Sequence record: MZ291552.2
Source: Escherichia phage vB_EcoM-UFV09
DNA: 64,000 bases
Strand: one strand, 5' to 3'
Positions 21,155 through 33,684 of this stretch are shown here, in pieces; position 1 is the first letter of the stretch; each line of letters starts with the position of its first letter. The position numbers were made by a program, and so were the translations under genes. The notes under the pieces were generated by a model. It worked only from the letters and a program-made list of their open reading frames with translations, did not search any database and was not told where the DNA came from.

Positions 21155-22614
21155 AAACCAGTTACCTCATGAAAATCGCCAAATACATCTTCGAACGTAT
21201 TAGCTTTAGTTTTATCTTCACGTAAACGAATTGCAATTGGAAGAAATAGCTTAACGTAATCAGTACGTCCATCTAATTTTACCCAGCCGTTGCATTCGCA
21301 CTCTAGAATTTTTCCAATATAATAATTTTGGTTTTCCATAATGCGAGTACGATCAAGTTCATGCGATTTTATACCGGCTTTATCTTTTAAGCCTGAACCA
21401 GCATTTACTTTAATTTTTCCACACTCTGATTCAAGAATGAAACCACCTGCTTTAGTAGGGTCTTTACGGTGAGGATAAATTCCTACAATTTTTAAATCAA
21501 CATCAATTACTTCTTTAAATTTATAAAGATTTTTTGAACGAGCATTTTCCCATAATCCATCGATATTTTTGAGAATAATACCTTCAAGACCTTGGTCAAT
21601 ATACTTTTTATAAATTACCTTAGCTTCATCTAGGTTATTTACTATCTGGTTTTCAATTAAAATTACTTTATCATAGCCTGATGTCATTTGTTCTAGTTTA
21701 GAAAAACGTACATCATATTTTAAACGAAATGCTGGAAGACCATATATTTCTACTAATGGAACATAGTCCCAGACCTGAAACTTCATGCATTGTGCTTCTT
21801 TTTCCGAAATGGTTCCCTTTAAAGATTTATTAGCGATTCCATTAGAAGTAGTACGTGATTCAGCTACTTCGGCGAATTCTTTAGCTTTACTAATTTCAGG
21901 ATAAGCATCAAAAAGAAAATCTAGGCCTTCTGGCTCCTTTTTAACCTGCTCATGGTATACCAATTCGCCATCAATTAACACACCTTCTGGATGAATCTGG
22001 CGAGCTTCTGCAGTCATTTTGATTAACTCTTCTTTAAGAAGATCTAATCCTAGATATTCATTGCCAGCTCGTGATAAAAGACGAACATCATCTAATTCAT
22101 CACCTCTGACTTCAGCAAAACAGCGAGCTCCATCAGCTTTTAGCTGTGCAAAGGCTGGAAATTTGATATTCTTATTAATGCCTTTTTCGTCATAAGAACT
22201 TGCTAGCATTTGAGGTTGTTCAGGAATTAAACCTGGCCAAACTTTGTTTGCAATAGATACTGATGCACCGCATTCAAGGTCTCGCATCATCACCCGACGC
22301 AAAACTTCAACATCATCTTTTTTACCATCGGTGATATATCCGATTAATTCCTCAATTGCCGCATTTCCAGTCAATTTCCGAGTAGCTAACGTGAATTCAA
22401 TGAAGTCAAGCATATCGGTAAGAGTCAACATTCCAAAACTCTGGGTAGTAATACCCGGTTTAGGCCATTTCTTGATATAATACTGTAACCCACGAGAATA
22501 AGTCAGACGATATACTCGTTTAAGCAATTCATTATCTTTATTCTTTTCAAGAATTGCTTGCTTCTGCTTAGTTGAACCAATAGATGCTATTTCGTTCAGA
22601 ATTTTAAGAATCAT
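21151..22614 (-). CDS. 30: ATP-dependent DNA ligase
   Basis: 487-aa ORF recognised as T4 DNA ligase. Confidence 0.97.
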   Translation of the reverse strand: MILKILNEIASIGSTKQKQAILEKNKDNELLKRVYRLTYSRGLQYYIKKWPKPGITTQSFGMLTLTDMLDFIEFTLATRKLTGNAAIEELIGYITDGKKDDVEVLRRVMMRDLECGASVSIANKVWPGLIPEQPQMLASSYDEKGINKNIKFPAFAQLKADGARCFAEVRGDELDDVRLLSRAGNEYLGLDLLKEELIKMTAEARQIHPEGVLIDGELVYHEQVKKEPEGLDFLFDAYPEISKAKEFAEVAESRTTSNGIANKSLKGTISEKEAQCMKFQVWDYVPLVEIYGLPAFRLKYDVRFSKLEQMTSGYDKVILIENQIVNNLDEAKVIYKKYIDQGLEGIILKNIDGLWENARSKNLYKFKEVIDVDLKIVGIYPHRKDPTKAGGFILESECGKIKVNAGSGLKDKAGIKSHELDRTRIMENQNYYIGKILECECNGWVKLDGRTDYVKLFLPIAIRLREDKTKANTFEDVFGDFHEVTGL

Positions 22615-22880
22615 TGTTCATCCTTTAGAGTTTGGTTTACAGCTCTATTATAAATCAATTCATCATTAAGCTCAGTCAAAGACCTGTGGTACGTGGTTCT
22701 AACTTTATTTCCTTGCATCCAGTGCTTGACGTAAATGAAACCTTGCTCTACACATTTTTTAAAAATTCGTTCGTCTTTTTGAGCTCGGAATTCTGGATTG
22801 CATCTAAAAAATTGATTTACGTGACCGTAATCACGTGTAGTATTACCTTCATTTTCATAAATAGTATGAACAACAAACAT
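22611..22880 (-). CDS. 30.1: Hypothetical protein 30.1
   Basis: 89-aa ORF; first of nine ORFs between 30 and rIII, as in T4. Confidence 0.7.
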   Translation of the reverse strand: MFVVHTIYENEGNTTRDYGHVNQFFRCNPEFRAQKDERIFKKCVEQGFIYVKHWMQGNKVRTTYHRSLTELNDELIYNRAVNQTLKDEQ

Positions 22881-23722
22881 TAGAATGCTCCTTGTAAAAT
22901 ATTATCACCACTAGTAGGTCTATTATACAAATACTCTATGCCACCGGGTTTAATATAATTCCATGTCTGAAACGGATACACATGATATGGATGTGTATAA
23001 TATGGATGGTATGGATTTAATCCAGGAGTTCTCCAGGTAGTGTTCCAAGGAAAAGAATCGTTTTTAATCATCTTTTCAATTACATCTTTTATAGCTTTTT
23101 CACTATCAAAACTTTCTTTATTTTCCTTCGATGGAAAAAGCTTATTCTCTACATCATTCCATGTATAAACTCGCTGTGCAGTTTTTGGAATACTGTCACG
23201 CTCCCCTCGAGCCATCCAATAAACAGGAACATTTAATATTTCACTCGCATGATCGCAGTGGTGAGCGAGATCGTCAATATAACAAATTACGTTATATTTC
23301 TCTTTTGCCTTTTTGAATAACTCTTCTTTTGAAGAATCATGACCACACATCAATACTTCTGAGAAGGCACCAGGAAAAAGAGCATTCAAATTAAATTGAC
23401 GATTCAGCAGAGCGTCAATAGAATCACCCAGTGCTGTAACAGCTACAAAATTATAATCTTCTTTTAATTTGTTAATTACACACAGGGCATCTTTATATGG
23501 AGACAAATAGCGAATAAAATCTGAACGATTATACTTTTCGATTAATTTAACACCAAGTTCTTCATCGCAATTAAAGAGCTTACCAGGAGAAATAAATTTT
23601 TCATCCTGAATCATTTTTAAAATATGTTCTAACGGAAGATTATATTTTTGGGCAAAATAAGGAAGGCCTGATTGCCAGCTTAAACACACCCCGTCAATAT
23701 CAGTCAAAATAGTAGGCTTCAT
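22880..23722 (-). CDS. 30.2: 30.2, HAD-superfamily-like hydrolase
   Basis: N-terminal ILTDIDGV resembles HAD motif I (DxDG). Confidence 0.65.
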   Translation of the reverse strand: MKPTILTDIDGVCLSWQSGLPYFAQKYNLPLEHILKMIQDEKFISPGKLFNCDEELGVKLIEKYNRSDFIRYLSPYKDALCVINKLKEDYNFVAVTALGDSIDALLNRQFNLNALFPGAFSEVLMCGHDSSKEELFKKAKEKYNVICYIDDLAHHCDHASEILNVPVYWMARGERDSIPKTAQRVYTWNDVENKLFPSKENKESFDSEKAIKDVIEKMIKNDSFPWNTTWRTPGLNPYHPYYTHPYHVYPFQTWNYIKPGGIEYLYNRPTSGDNILQGAF

Positions 23723-24183
23723 AGAGAGTCTCTTAATAGGTTTAACACATCAATAAATTCAGCTTCGGTTAGTATTGTATCATCTTTTGTTAGACCACTA
23801 GCCATGCTGTGCTTCAAAACTTTTCCTTTTGAGGCTTGTAAGGCATCACGAAACCCCTTGTTTTGAATCGCTGCTTCAAAATATGCATTTGTATACAACT
23901 CTTTCCATGCTGCAGAGTATCTTGAAAAGGGAATTCCAAGCCAGAAAAGCGTCCCACGGTCCGCAGCTCTTGCATAAGCTCTTCCACTTTGCTGGGCGGC
24001 CAAGCCGGAGAGCCTAAATATACGACGTTGTTGTTCAACATTTTTCACCTTGCATCCTTGGAGGAATCCTTCAAGACCTCCGAATTGAATACCATCCATG
24101 ACGAAAGGCCATTGGGCGAAATTACTTAATGCACACGATGGCCATCTAAAATTGCTTCTAATCTCTAACTCAGACATTTTCAA
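23719..24183 (-). CDS. 30.3: 30.3, possible NADAR/YbiA-like protein
   Basis: 154-aa ORF; family assignment from memory only. Confidence 0.55.
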   Translation of the reverse strand: MKMSELEIRSNFRWPSCALSNFAQWPFVMDGIQFGGLEGFLQGCKVKNVEQQRRIFRLSGLAAQQSGRAYARAADRGTLFWLGIPFSRYSAAWKELYTNAYFEAAIQNKGFRDALQASKGKVLKHSMASGLTKDDTILTEAEFIDVLNLLRDSL

Positions 24184-24376
24184 TACTTATAATTTCAACA
24201 TCAGCCCAATGACCATAGCAAGGAAGACGAAATTCAACTGGCCAGTTAGGGTCCTTTTCTAATATAATAGACTTAACTTGTGGTTCTTCATGTTCATCAG
24301 TATATGGATTTTTATCTGTTACTTTATATGTGACCTTAATGTATTGAATTCCAAAAATCTTATTAATTATATTCAT
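24170..24376 (-). CDS. 30.4: Hypothetical protein 30.4
   Basis: 68-aa ORF in a tightly packed operon. Confidence 0.65.
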   Translation of the reverse strand: MNIINKIFGIQYIKVTYKVTDKNPYTDEHEEPQVKSIILEKDPNWPVEFRLPCYGHWADVEIISIENV

Positions 24377-24570
24377 ACTAATTCCTTTAATCCGTAAATA
24401 GGAGACAATTCATCACCCATACGAAGGTCTTCATTTCCATCTACCCAGGAAACAATATAAGCCTCTTTTATTTGAACACCACTCCATTTAAACGGAGGTA
24501 GAACCTTAGAAATTAATCCAGGTATACCAACTCCCTTTAATTCAACAGTTTGACCTAAAAAGAATTTCAT
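24373..24570 (-). CDS. 30.5: Hypothetical protein 30.5
   Basis: 65-aa ORF. Confidence 0.65.
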   Translation of the reverse strand: MKFFLGQTVELKGVGIPGLISKVLPPFKWSGVQIKEAYIVSWVDGNEDLRMGDELSPIYGLKELV

Positions 24571-24857
24571 TAGAACCTCATCTGAAAACCATGCGATTTA
24601 ACATTACCGCCGCCAATATCAGAAATATTAATTTCACGCGCAATCGAAGGATCGATGTCAATTTCACGATTAAGTTTAGCGATAGCTAAAGTATCACGCC
24701 CATTTACAGTACGGAACTCTAAAGGACAAACCACATCAACGTAATTTTTAATCGATTCACTGGTAGGTTGCAAATGAGCAGGAAGGTCTTTGGGCGCCTT
24801 TGAGAAAACCACTTCACAGAAATTTTTGCGGGTGTCAAAATAAGTAGTCATAAACAT
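24570..24857 (-). CDS. 30.6: Hypothetical protein 30.6
   Basis: 95-aa ORF. Confidence 0.65.
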   Translation of the reverse strand: MFMTTYFDTRKNFCEVVFSKAPKDLPAHLQPTSESIKNYVDVVCPLEFRTVNGRDTLAIAKLNREIDIDPSIAREINISDIGGGNVKSHGFQMRF

Positions 24858-24898
24858 AATATTTTCCTCAGTAAGGGGCCGAAGCCCCTCATTTATTT

Positions 24899-25264
24899 TT
24901 AAATATCAAATTCGTTAAGAACTACATCAAAGATTGCTTCAAGATGCTCAGGTTTAGCTCTGTTACTCAGAATATGACGAATCCAAGTTTTAACCAAAAG
25001 CTTACGATTATCACCATTCCAGCAAGGATGAGTCCCTAAATCGCGTTGACGAAAATCATCATCCAAAGCGATTTTGAAGTTGGAACCTTCCATTGTGATT
25101 GAAACCGTGATGCCATTTTCAAATCGCATATAAACATAATTAGGAGTCATATACTGTTCAATTTCGCATACTGATCCATTTTGATGTTTCCAAAGGCAAA
25201 TAGTATCAATAGAACCTGCAATACCATTAGAAACATATTTACGTTCAAAGTTGATGTAGTTCAT
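24899..25264 (-). CDS. 30.7: Hypothetical protein 30.7
   Basis: 121-aa ORF preceded by an early-promoter-like sequence at about 25295..25330. Confidence 0.7.
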   Translation of the reverse strand: MNYINFERKYVSNGIAGSIDTICLWKHQNGSVCEIEQYMTPNYVYMRFENGITVSITMEGSNFKIALDDDFRQRDLGTHPCWNGDNRKLLVKTWIRHILSNRAKPEHLEAIFDVVLNEFDI

Positions 25265-25332
25265 TTTTGTTCTCCGAGATGTTTAATTGCGGTACAGGTA
25301 TATAATATCATATCCTGTACCAAAGTAAACAA

Positions 25333-25665
25333 TTATTTTACTACTTTCCAGTGCTGCATGTCAAGTTTACCGACTTTTTTCATCTTCTCAATTAAGCGTT
25401 CGGCACGTTGGCGAGCTGTAACATAATACCATTCACCTAATTCATTTTGTTCAATTTTTCCAACGATTACTGTATTCAATTCATAAATCCAACCAGTAAA
25501 GAAATTATGAACTTGAATTGTAAAGGTGAAATCTGTTCCCATACCTTCTGTTGTTTCTACTTCAATAATATCACCTTCAACTGCCATTAAGAACCACATA
25601 GTTTCGTTATATTCACCATTGAAGCATTTAGCTTTAACTGAAGCGTTCAGATTAATCGTTTTCAT
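25333..25665 (-). CDS. 30.8: Hypothetical protein 30.8
   Basis: 110-aa ORF preceded by an early-promoter-like sequence at about 25690..25730. Confidence 0.7.
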   Translation of the reverse strand: MKTINLNASVKAKCFNGEYNETMWFLMAVEGDIIEVETTEGMGTDFTFTIQVHNFFTGWIYELNTVIVGKIEQNELGEWYYVTARQRAERLIEKMKKVGKLDMQHWKVVK

Positions 25666-25775
25666 TTTATTCTCCTTTGTTTGTGTAAGATAATACTATC
25701 ACAAAGGAACCATACTGTAAACAACTTTATGCAATCGTTGGAAAATAAAAAAGGACTCCCGAAGGAGTCCTCAAC

Positions 25776-25952
25776 TTATGCTTTCTGCTTACCAAAACGA
25801 GAAGCATCATCTCGAAGAACCGCACGTGCTCGGCGCATGATCTTCTCAACAGTTTGATTGATACGAGAGTTCGACCCACGCTTGTAGCCAGCGCGTTTAG
25901 AATCACCAACTTTCTTTTCAACTGCTTTCTTTGCTTTAACTTGTTTTGCCAT
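25776..25952 (-). CDS. 30.9: 30.9, small highly basic protein (about 58 aa)
   Basis: Internal ATG (MAKQVKAKK...) chosen; track ORF extends to 25994. Confidence 0.55.
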   Translation of the reverse strand: MAKQVKAKKAVEKKVGDSKRAGYKRGSNSRINQTVEKIMRRARAVLRDDASRFGKQKA

Positions 25953-26197
25953 TATAAATTCTCTTTTAAATGAAAATGCAGGACTTATTGGCATTGCCTG
26001 CGCAAGCCCTCAAGGGGAACATAGGTTTTTGGGTATTTAACGACCAGGATAACCATAAACCCGTCATCATTCACATTCAAGAGGTACACCATAAAACTGC
26101 CGGGGTCTTAAAACTATAATGATTCGCAAATCATTAATCAGACAGTTCGATGGCTCCTCGATTTTAGCTCACACTAAGGCAGTGAATCTCCAATAAA

Positions 26198-26446
26198 TTA
26201 CTTCAATGTTACCACAAAGTGACGAACTGCTTTTCGTGCAGCAGAAGCCAGAGGCTTAGCATACTTAAGTTCATCTTTTTCCTGAAGCTCAGCAGCTAAT
26301 GCAGTTTGAGCAGGATTTAGATGTTTGAAATAACGCAGGATTTCAAGAGCTTCGGCTTCAACATCAATAGATGCGCCATAGTTTTCGTGACCATTATTCC
26401 ATGCGTTTCGTTGCAGTTCAAGAGCGTGTTGTAATTGTTTAATCAT
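26198..26446 (-). CDS. rIII: rIII lysis-inhibition accessory protein
   Basis: 82-aa ORF at the T4 rIII position; TATAAATA on minus strand upstream. Confidence 0.85.
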   Translation of the reverse strand: MIKQLQHALELQRNAWNNGHENYGASIDVEAEALEILRYFKHLNPAQTALAAELQEKDELKYAKPLASAARKAVRHFVVTLK

Positions 26447-26593
26447 TTAAAAATTCTCGTTAGAGATTAAAACTCGGTAGTCACGTTCTTCTGAATTTCA
26501 TCTTCTTTCGACAGATCTCTCAGTTGTAGACTACCACATAGAATTGTTCGGTTAACTTATTATTCCGACACCCAATTCATATTATTATTTATA

Positions 26594-26929
26594 TCACTTA
26601 TAAAGACATGGAATAGCTTTATAGTGACAAGTAACGAATTTTTGTTTAATTTCTTTTGGCTGCTTAAGACCCAGAGCTACAAAAGGATGCGGAACATTTC
26701 GAATTTGACCAACTGGAAGAGAAGTCAAATCACCGACTTCGCAGAAACCTTCAGGAACATCAGGACCAACAGAGTGAACTACACACAGTTCAGGAACTTC
26801 ACCTTGAACACGTTTACCGATAATAAGTCCTGATTCTGTAACTTCTTCATCACCAGCCTGTGCAGGTTCAGAAACTAAAATAACATATTCACCGACAGCA
26901 CGAATTGGTAGCTGTTGTACTTCAGACAT
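26594..26929 (-). CDS. 31: gp31 co-chaperonin (GroES-like, needed for gp23 folding)
   Basis: 111-aa ORF recognised as T4 gp31; MotA-box-like AATGCTTTA upstream. Confidence 0.93.
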
Positions 26930-26985
26930 CGTTTTTCCTTTTTGTTAACAGATGAATTAATAATAACAAATAATTCTTAAAGCAT

Positions 26986-27294
26986 TTATTTACCAATAAA
27001 TTGAAGCAAATGCTCAACTTTCATACCATTAACAGAAATCAATTTGTCAATAGAAAAACCTCGCCATGCGCCAAGTTCAACATCAAATATCGGAATCATA
27101 TCAGTAGATTCTTTCCGAGTAGATTCAGTCAATTTACCAGTTTGCATGGTTGGCATAAAGTCTGCATCACGAGTACCTTTCATAATACGAATAGTACCAT
27201 CAGATTTTTCAAAAACTACGTTTGAAACACCCATGGACAATTTGGTTTTCAAAATTTCGCGAATTGCTACTTTCTGCTCAGTTGTCAGTTTCAT
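26986..27294 (-). CDS. 31.1: Hypothetical protein 31.1
   Basis: 102-aa ORF. Confidence 0.7.
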   Translation of the reverse strand: MKLTTEQKVAIREILKTKLSMGVSNVVFEKSDGTIRIMKGTRDADFMPTMQTGKLTESTRKESTDMIPIFDVELGAWRGFSIDKLISVNGMKVEHLLQFIGK

Positions 27295-27531
27295 TTATTT
27301 ACCTATTACAGTTTTAATATGAGTTGTTCCACGTTCTTTAAGGGTGGAAAGTAATTTTTGGCATTTTTCTAAATCAGATTTCCAACTATATGGTCTATCA
27401 ATACTAGTCCAATCAGTTTTATAATACTGTTTCCATTTAGAGAAAAAATATTTCTTATACTCTACAGCAAACGAGATGTTCTCGTTAGAATAAGAACTAA
27501 TTGCTGTGAGCTTTACCAAACGAAATTTCAT
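27295..27531 (-). CDS. 31.2: Hypothetical protein 31.2
   Basis: 78-aa ORF. Confidence 0.65.
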   Translation of the reverse strand: MKFRLVKLTAISSYSNENISFAVEYKKYFFSKWKQYYKTDWTSIDRPYSWKSDLEKCQKLLSTLKERGTTHIKTVIGK

Positions 27532-28112
27532 TATTCACCACAGAATTCGTTGATATTTTCCCAGTTTAACTTATTCAAGTTTTTCTTAGGAACATTAAAC
27601 ACTTCAATACCTGCATTTCGCAGAATATCATCCCAGCCAGGTTTATTTTTATCGTATGTTTCACAATAAACCAACTTTTTAATTCCAGATTGAGCTATTG
27701 CTTTTGCACAATCTGGGCAAGGAGAAAGTGTTACATACATAGTAGCACCTTCAATTGAAGAACCATTTCGTGCAGCAAACAAAATCGCATTTAGTTCAGC
27801 ATGAATTTCATTTTTAGACGACCATTCAGAGTGAGCGCTACGATGTTCTTTCGCCAAGACAAAACGATCAGTTGAACCAAATGATACACATTCAGGCTTA
27901 TGACCTTGAATGATAGTATGTTTAGGTTTATTCAGCAACCAACCTTGCTCAGCGGCATAATCACAACAGTTCACACCACCAGCAGGTGAACCGTTATATC
28001 CAGTAGAAATAATACGTCCATTCTTTTCAATTACTGCTCCTACCTTCCAGGAGCAACATTTTGATTCTTGTGATACTAAATATGCAATTTGAAGTACTGT
28101 ACTCGCTTTCAT
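27531..28112 (-). CDS. cd: dCMP deaminase
   Basis: 193-aa ORF with cytidine/dCMP deaminase zinc motifs (HAE...PCxxC). Confidence 0.93.
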   Translation of the reverse strand: MKASTVLQIAYLVSQESKCCSWKVGAVIEKNGRIISTGYNGSPAGGVNCCDYAAEQGWLLNKPKHTIIQGHKPECVSFGSTDRFVLAKEHRSAHSEWSSKNEIHAELNAILFAARNGSSIEGATMYVTLSPCPDCAKAIAQSGIKKLVYCETYDKNKPGWDDILRNAGIEVFNVPKKNLNKLNWENINEFCGE

Positions 28113-28447
28113 TTCATAATCACCAGATAAGCAGATTTAGCAGTTTCAACACGATAAATTTCATGACGAAGTTTAGTTATACTTTTAATAACAGAACTAA
28201 TTATATTCTGTCCGTCTTTAAAGCGGTTTTTCTTATCAATAAAAATTGCACCAACCATCTTTTTGTGAAGCTCAACTGGATACTTCGTCACAATAATAGC
28301 ATCATACACAGAAGGATGAATACTATTCACCAGAGTGTCATTCATTAAAGTTATTCTAATGAACTGCGCTGTTTCAGAGTCAAGCGCTCTATGATCGCCA
28401 GTATCATTTTCAAGACAATTATCAATTATATCAGTTAAATTCATCAT
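28109..28447 (-). CDS. cd.1: Hypothetical protein cd.1
   Basis: 112-aa ORF. Confidence 0.65.
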   Translation of the reverse strand: MMNLTDIIDNCLENDTGDHRALDSETAQFIRITLMNDTLVNSIHPSVYDAIIVTKYPVELHKKMVGAIFIDKKNRFKDGQNIISSVIKSITKLRHEIYRVETAKSAYLVIMK

Positions 28448-28683
28448 AGTACGCCATACACCCTTTGTGCTTCAACTAATCCATCAAAATCTAATTTAAG
28501 ATGCGATATTTGATCGCCATCACCTGGATTCACAATTACTAATACTGAACGAGGAATTTCGGTAATAACACGAACCGATGTTTCTGGAAATCGTTCAGAA
28601 ACCTTATTTACCAATTCCTGAGCAAATAGTTTAACTTTTTCTTGGAATTCTTTAACAGTAATTGGTTTTTCACTTAGCAGCAT
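28444..28683 (-). CDS. cd.2: Hypothetical protein cd.2
   Basis: 79-aa ORF preceded by an early-promoter-like sequence at about 28700..28745. Confidence 0.65.
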   Translation of the reverse strand: MLLSEKPITVKEFQEKVKLFAQELVNKVSERFPETSVRVITEIPRSVLVIVNPGDGDQISHLKLDFDGLVEAQRVYGVL

Positions 28684-28744
28684 TTTGTTTTCCTCATTTA
28701 TTTGGTAGAGCTATAATATCACAACTCTACCGTAAAGTAAACTA

Positions 28745-29026
28745 TTAAATTGCTTTGAATTCTGCTGTCTGCGATTCAAAACGAATATCGCCTTTGATGA
28801 CTAGCTCAGCATCAAGACCGAATACGACAATGATATGTGCGGAACCTGGATACAGCGTAATTGCAATAGAATCCACCTGGTCTGGAAGCAAAGTGTTCAA
28901 TACATGAGTCACTTGAGCATGAATTCGAAGCTCGGCTGCGTTATCAAGCTTTTCAAACATATTATTAGCGATAATTTGACTAAACACTACTTCTACGATT
29001 TTAGAATAAGTCGGAAACATATTCAC
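28745..29026 (-). CDS. cd.3: Hypothetical protein cd.3
   Basis: 93-aa ORF. Confidence 0.65.
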   Translation of the reverse strand: MNMFPTYSKIVEVVFSQIIANNMFEKLDNAAELRIHAQVTHVLNTLLPDQVDSIAITLYPGSAHIIVVFGLDAELVIKGDIRFESQTAEFKAI

Positions 29027-29223
29027 CTCACATAATTTTCTTCAAGCCAATTAATAACATCCAACGCATTATCAAAAGTTGAACCATCTACTATGTCTTC
29101 TGTTTCATAATCAAGAATATCTAAGTCTACTCTTCCATCAACAATAGGCCATAAACAAAATAGATATTTCTTTTCTTTTTCAATTTTATCACAAAGTTGA
29201 TAAATCTTTTCTATGTTATTCAT
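29023..29223 (-). CDS. cd.4: Hypothetical protein cd.4
   Basis: 66-aa ORF. Confidence 0.65.
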   Translation of the reverse strand: MNNIEKIYQLCDKIEKEKKYLFCLWPIVDGRVDLDILDYETEDIVDGSTFDNALDVINWLEENYVR

Positions 29224-29412
29224 AAGTTTTCCATGGTAAAGGCAGTTTAGTTTTCTTTACTGTTAGTTCAACATCAGGATTCTTTTCTCTTAATTTAAGA
29301 CATTCCTCCCAAGCTCTGATTTCACTAGTGAATACACAAAATTGCCCATTACTAGTACCAACTAAACCACTATTTACAATAACAATAGACCAAGTTTCAT
29401 GATGCCACGCCA

Positions 29413-29413
<1 letters not shown>
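29216..29413 (-). CDS. cd.5: Hypothetical protein cd.5
   Basis: Start set at ATG overlapping the pseT stop (TAATG); track ORF extends to 29443. Confidence 0.6.
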
Positions 29414-30634
<1,221 letters not shown>

Positions 30635-30638
<4 letters not shown>

Positions 30639-30865
30639 TTATTTTTCTCAACTAATGATTGAATATAATCATGCAGATCTTTAGACGCCTTAGCCCAATT
30701 ATTTTGATATTCATTTTTAAGATTAGCACGTGATTGAGCTAATAAAACATCATTAGTTGGAGGTAAAGATTCTAACCGCTGAATCTGGCGTCCGTAAATC
30801 ATTGCAGCCATCTCGGATTCATAAATCAATCCTTTGAGATGTTCAAATTGATGCCATGAAATCAT
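30635..30865 (-). CDS. Hypothetical protein (76 aa)
   Basis: ORF in the pseT-alc interval. Confidence 0.6.
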
Positions 30866-31161
30866 TTACATTTATCCTCTTTTAACTCTTGACGATAATA
30901 ACATATCATAGTTTTTTGATCATGTACATATCGTTTTACATCATTAAGCCAAATACGAAATTCCTGGGAATCTTCAAATGGCATACCGACCCAAGCTTTA
31001 CCATCAATAACTTTAACTTGCCAAGATAGTTTAGCTTCGTCATATGACTTTATTTGTACAGGCCAATTAGGATGAACTGTTTCTTTCTTTACTTCTAGAG
31101 GCTTTGTCGAACAACCAACTAGAAGACCAATAGATAATATTACTGCTGATAGTTTAATCAT
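30862..31161 (-). CDS. pseT.2: Outer-membrane spanin lipoprotein (o-spanin)
   Basis: Signal peptide with lipobox (LLVGC) then Cys-containing periplasmic domain; overlaps the upstream i-spanin by 4 nt. Confidence 0.75.
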   Translation of the reverse strand: MIKLSAVILSIGLLVGCSTKPLEVKKETVHPNWPVQIKSYDEAKLSWQVKVIDGKAWVGMPFEDSQEFRIWLNDVKRYVHDQKTMICYYRQELKEDKCK

Positions 31162-31511
31162 TTAGAAAGGTCCTGGATGTCTTCTGCGAACTTGTTGAAG
31201 GAGTTGTTGATTTGTTTTTCAACCAATCCTGGCTTACGAGCCACCACATCCGCCTTCTTTGCGTCTTTGCGCAGCTTTTCATTTTCACGCTCAATAGCAG
31301 CAATTGCCTCACGATTTTTATTATTCATCGCGTCAATATAATTATACTGAATTCGCAAATTATTTAATGCTAAGGCGTTTTCATTGGCCGTTTTTGTAAT
31401 TTCAGTAACTGATGTTTCTAATCTTTCTACCTTATTTTTTAAAATAATAGATGTTCCGCCTAATGCTATTACAATTAATAGCAAACCTGCTGTAGTATTA
31501 CTTAATTGCAT
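31158..31511 (-). CDS. pseT.3: Inner-membrane spanin (i-spanin)
   Basis: N-terminal transmembrane helix followed by coiled-coil-like sequence; adjacent to the o-spanin. Confidence 0.75.
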   Translation of the reverse strand: MQLSNTTAGLLLIVIALGGTSIILKNKVERLETSVTEITKTANENALALNNLRIQYNYIDAMNNKNREAIAAIERENEKLRKDAKKADVVARKPGLVEKQINNSFNKFAEDIQDLSK

Positions 31512-32005
31512 AAAGTTTTAATAACCTCTACAATATCATCTTGAGAAAGACCGTTAATTAAAATATGATGTTCAGCCGGAGATTTAGAAATTTTAAAGCA
31601 TGCCTCAACATCTTCTGCCATATCCGATGCACTACGATTTGGATTACTAATTCCAAGACGATGCTTTCCAGTCAAAGGATTAACGATGATATAGCATTTA
31701 CAGCTATTGATATGAACATTGGGCTGAGTCTGATTAATGAACACTTCGCACTCATACTTAGCGAGTTGATTTTCTAAAAAGACTTTCATCTCTTCAACCG
31801 CATCAGGAAGCATATCGCGGGCTTGCTCAAGACGACGATTTCGATATTCTTTAATGGTAGTTTTCCGCTTGACTTGCTTAGCTAAATCTTTCTTAAGATC
31901 GGTGATATATCCAACTCGACGATTTCCTTTGAATACAGAAATCCCATCTGTAGTATCACCGTATGCTTCAACGACCATCTCAGTAGTAATAAGCTGCAAA
32001 TCCAT
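31502..32005 (-). CDS. alc: Alc, terminator of host transcription on dC-containing DNA
   Basis: 167-aa ORF at the T4 alc position. Confidence 0.8.
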   Translation of the reverse strand: MDLQLITTEMVVEAYGDTTDGISVFKGNRRVGYITDLKKDLAKQVKRKTTIKEYRNRRLEQARDMLPDAVEEMKVFLENQLAKYECEVFINQTQPNVHINSCKCYIIVNPLTGKHRLGISNPNRSASDMAEDVEACFKISKSPAEHHILINGLSQDDIVEVIKTLCN

Positions 32006-32012
32006 TATAAAG

Positions 32013-32066
32013 TCCTCATGTTATGTCAGTAAGATTATTATAACACAACACGAGGGACTTGTAAAC
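32013..32066 (-). promoter_or_regulatory. Early promoter plus leader cassette, copy 2 (drives alc)
   Basis: Identical over 54 bp to 16705..16758. Confidence 0.6.
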
Positions 32067-32069
32067 AGC

Positions 32070-33657
<1,588 letters not shown>

Positions 33658-33663
33658 AATAAA

Positions 33664-33680
33664 ATGGGCCTTGCGGCCCA
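33664..33680 (-). terminator. Hairpin between nrdB and denA
   Basis: gggccgcaaggccc on minus strand (GGGCC / GGCCC stem). Confidence 0.4.
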
Positions 33681-33684
33681 CTCC

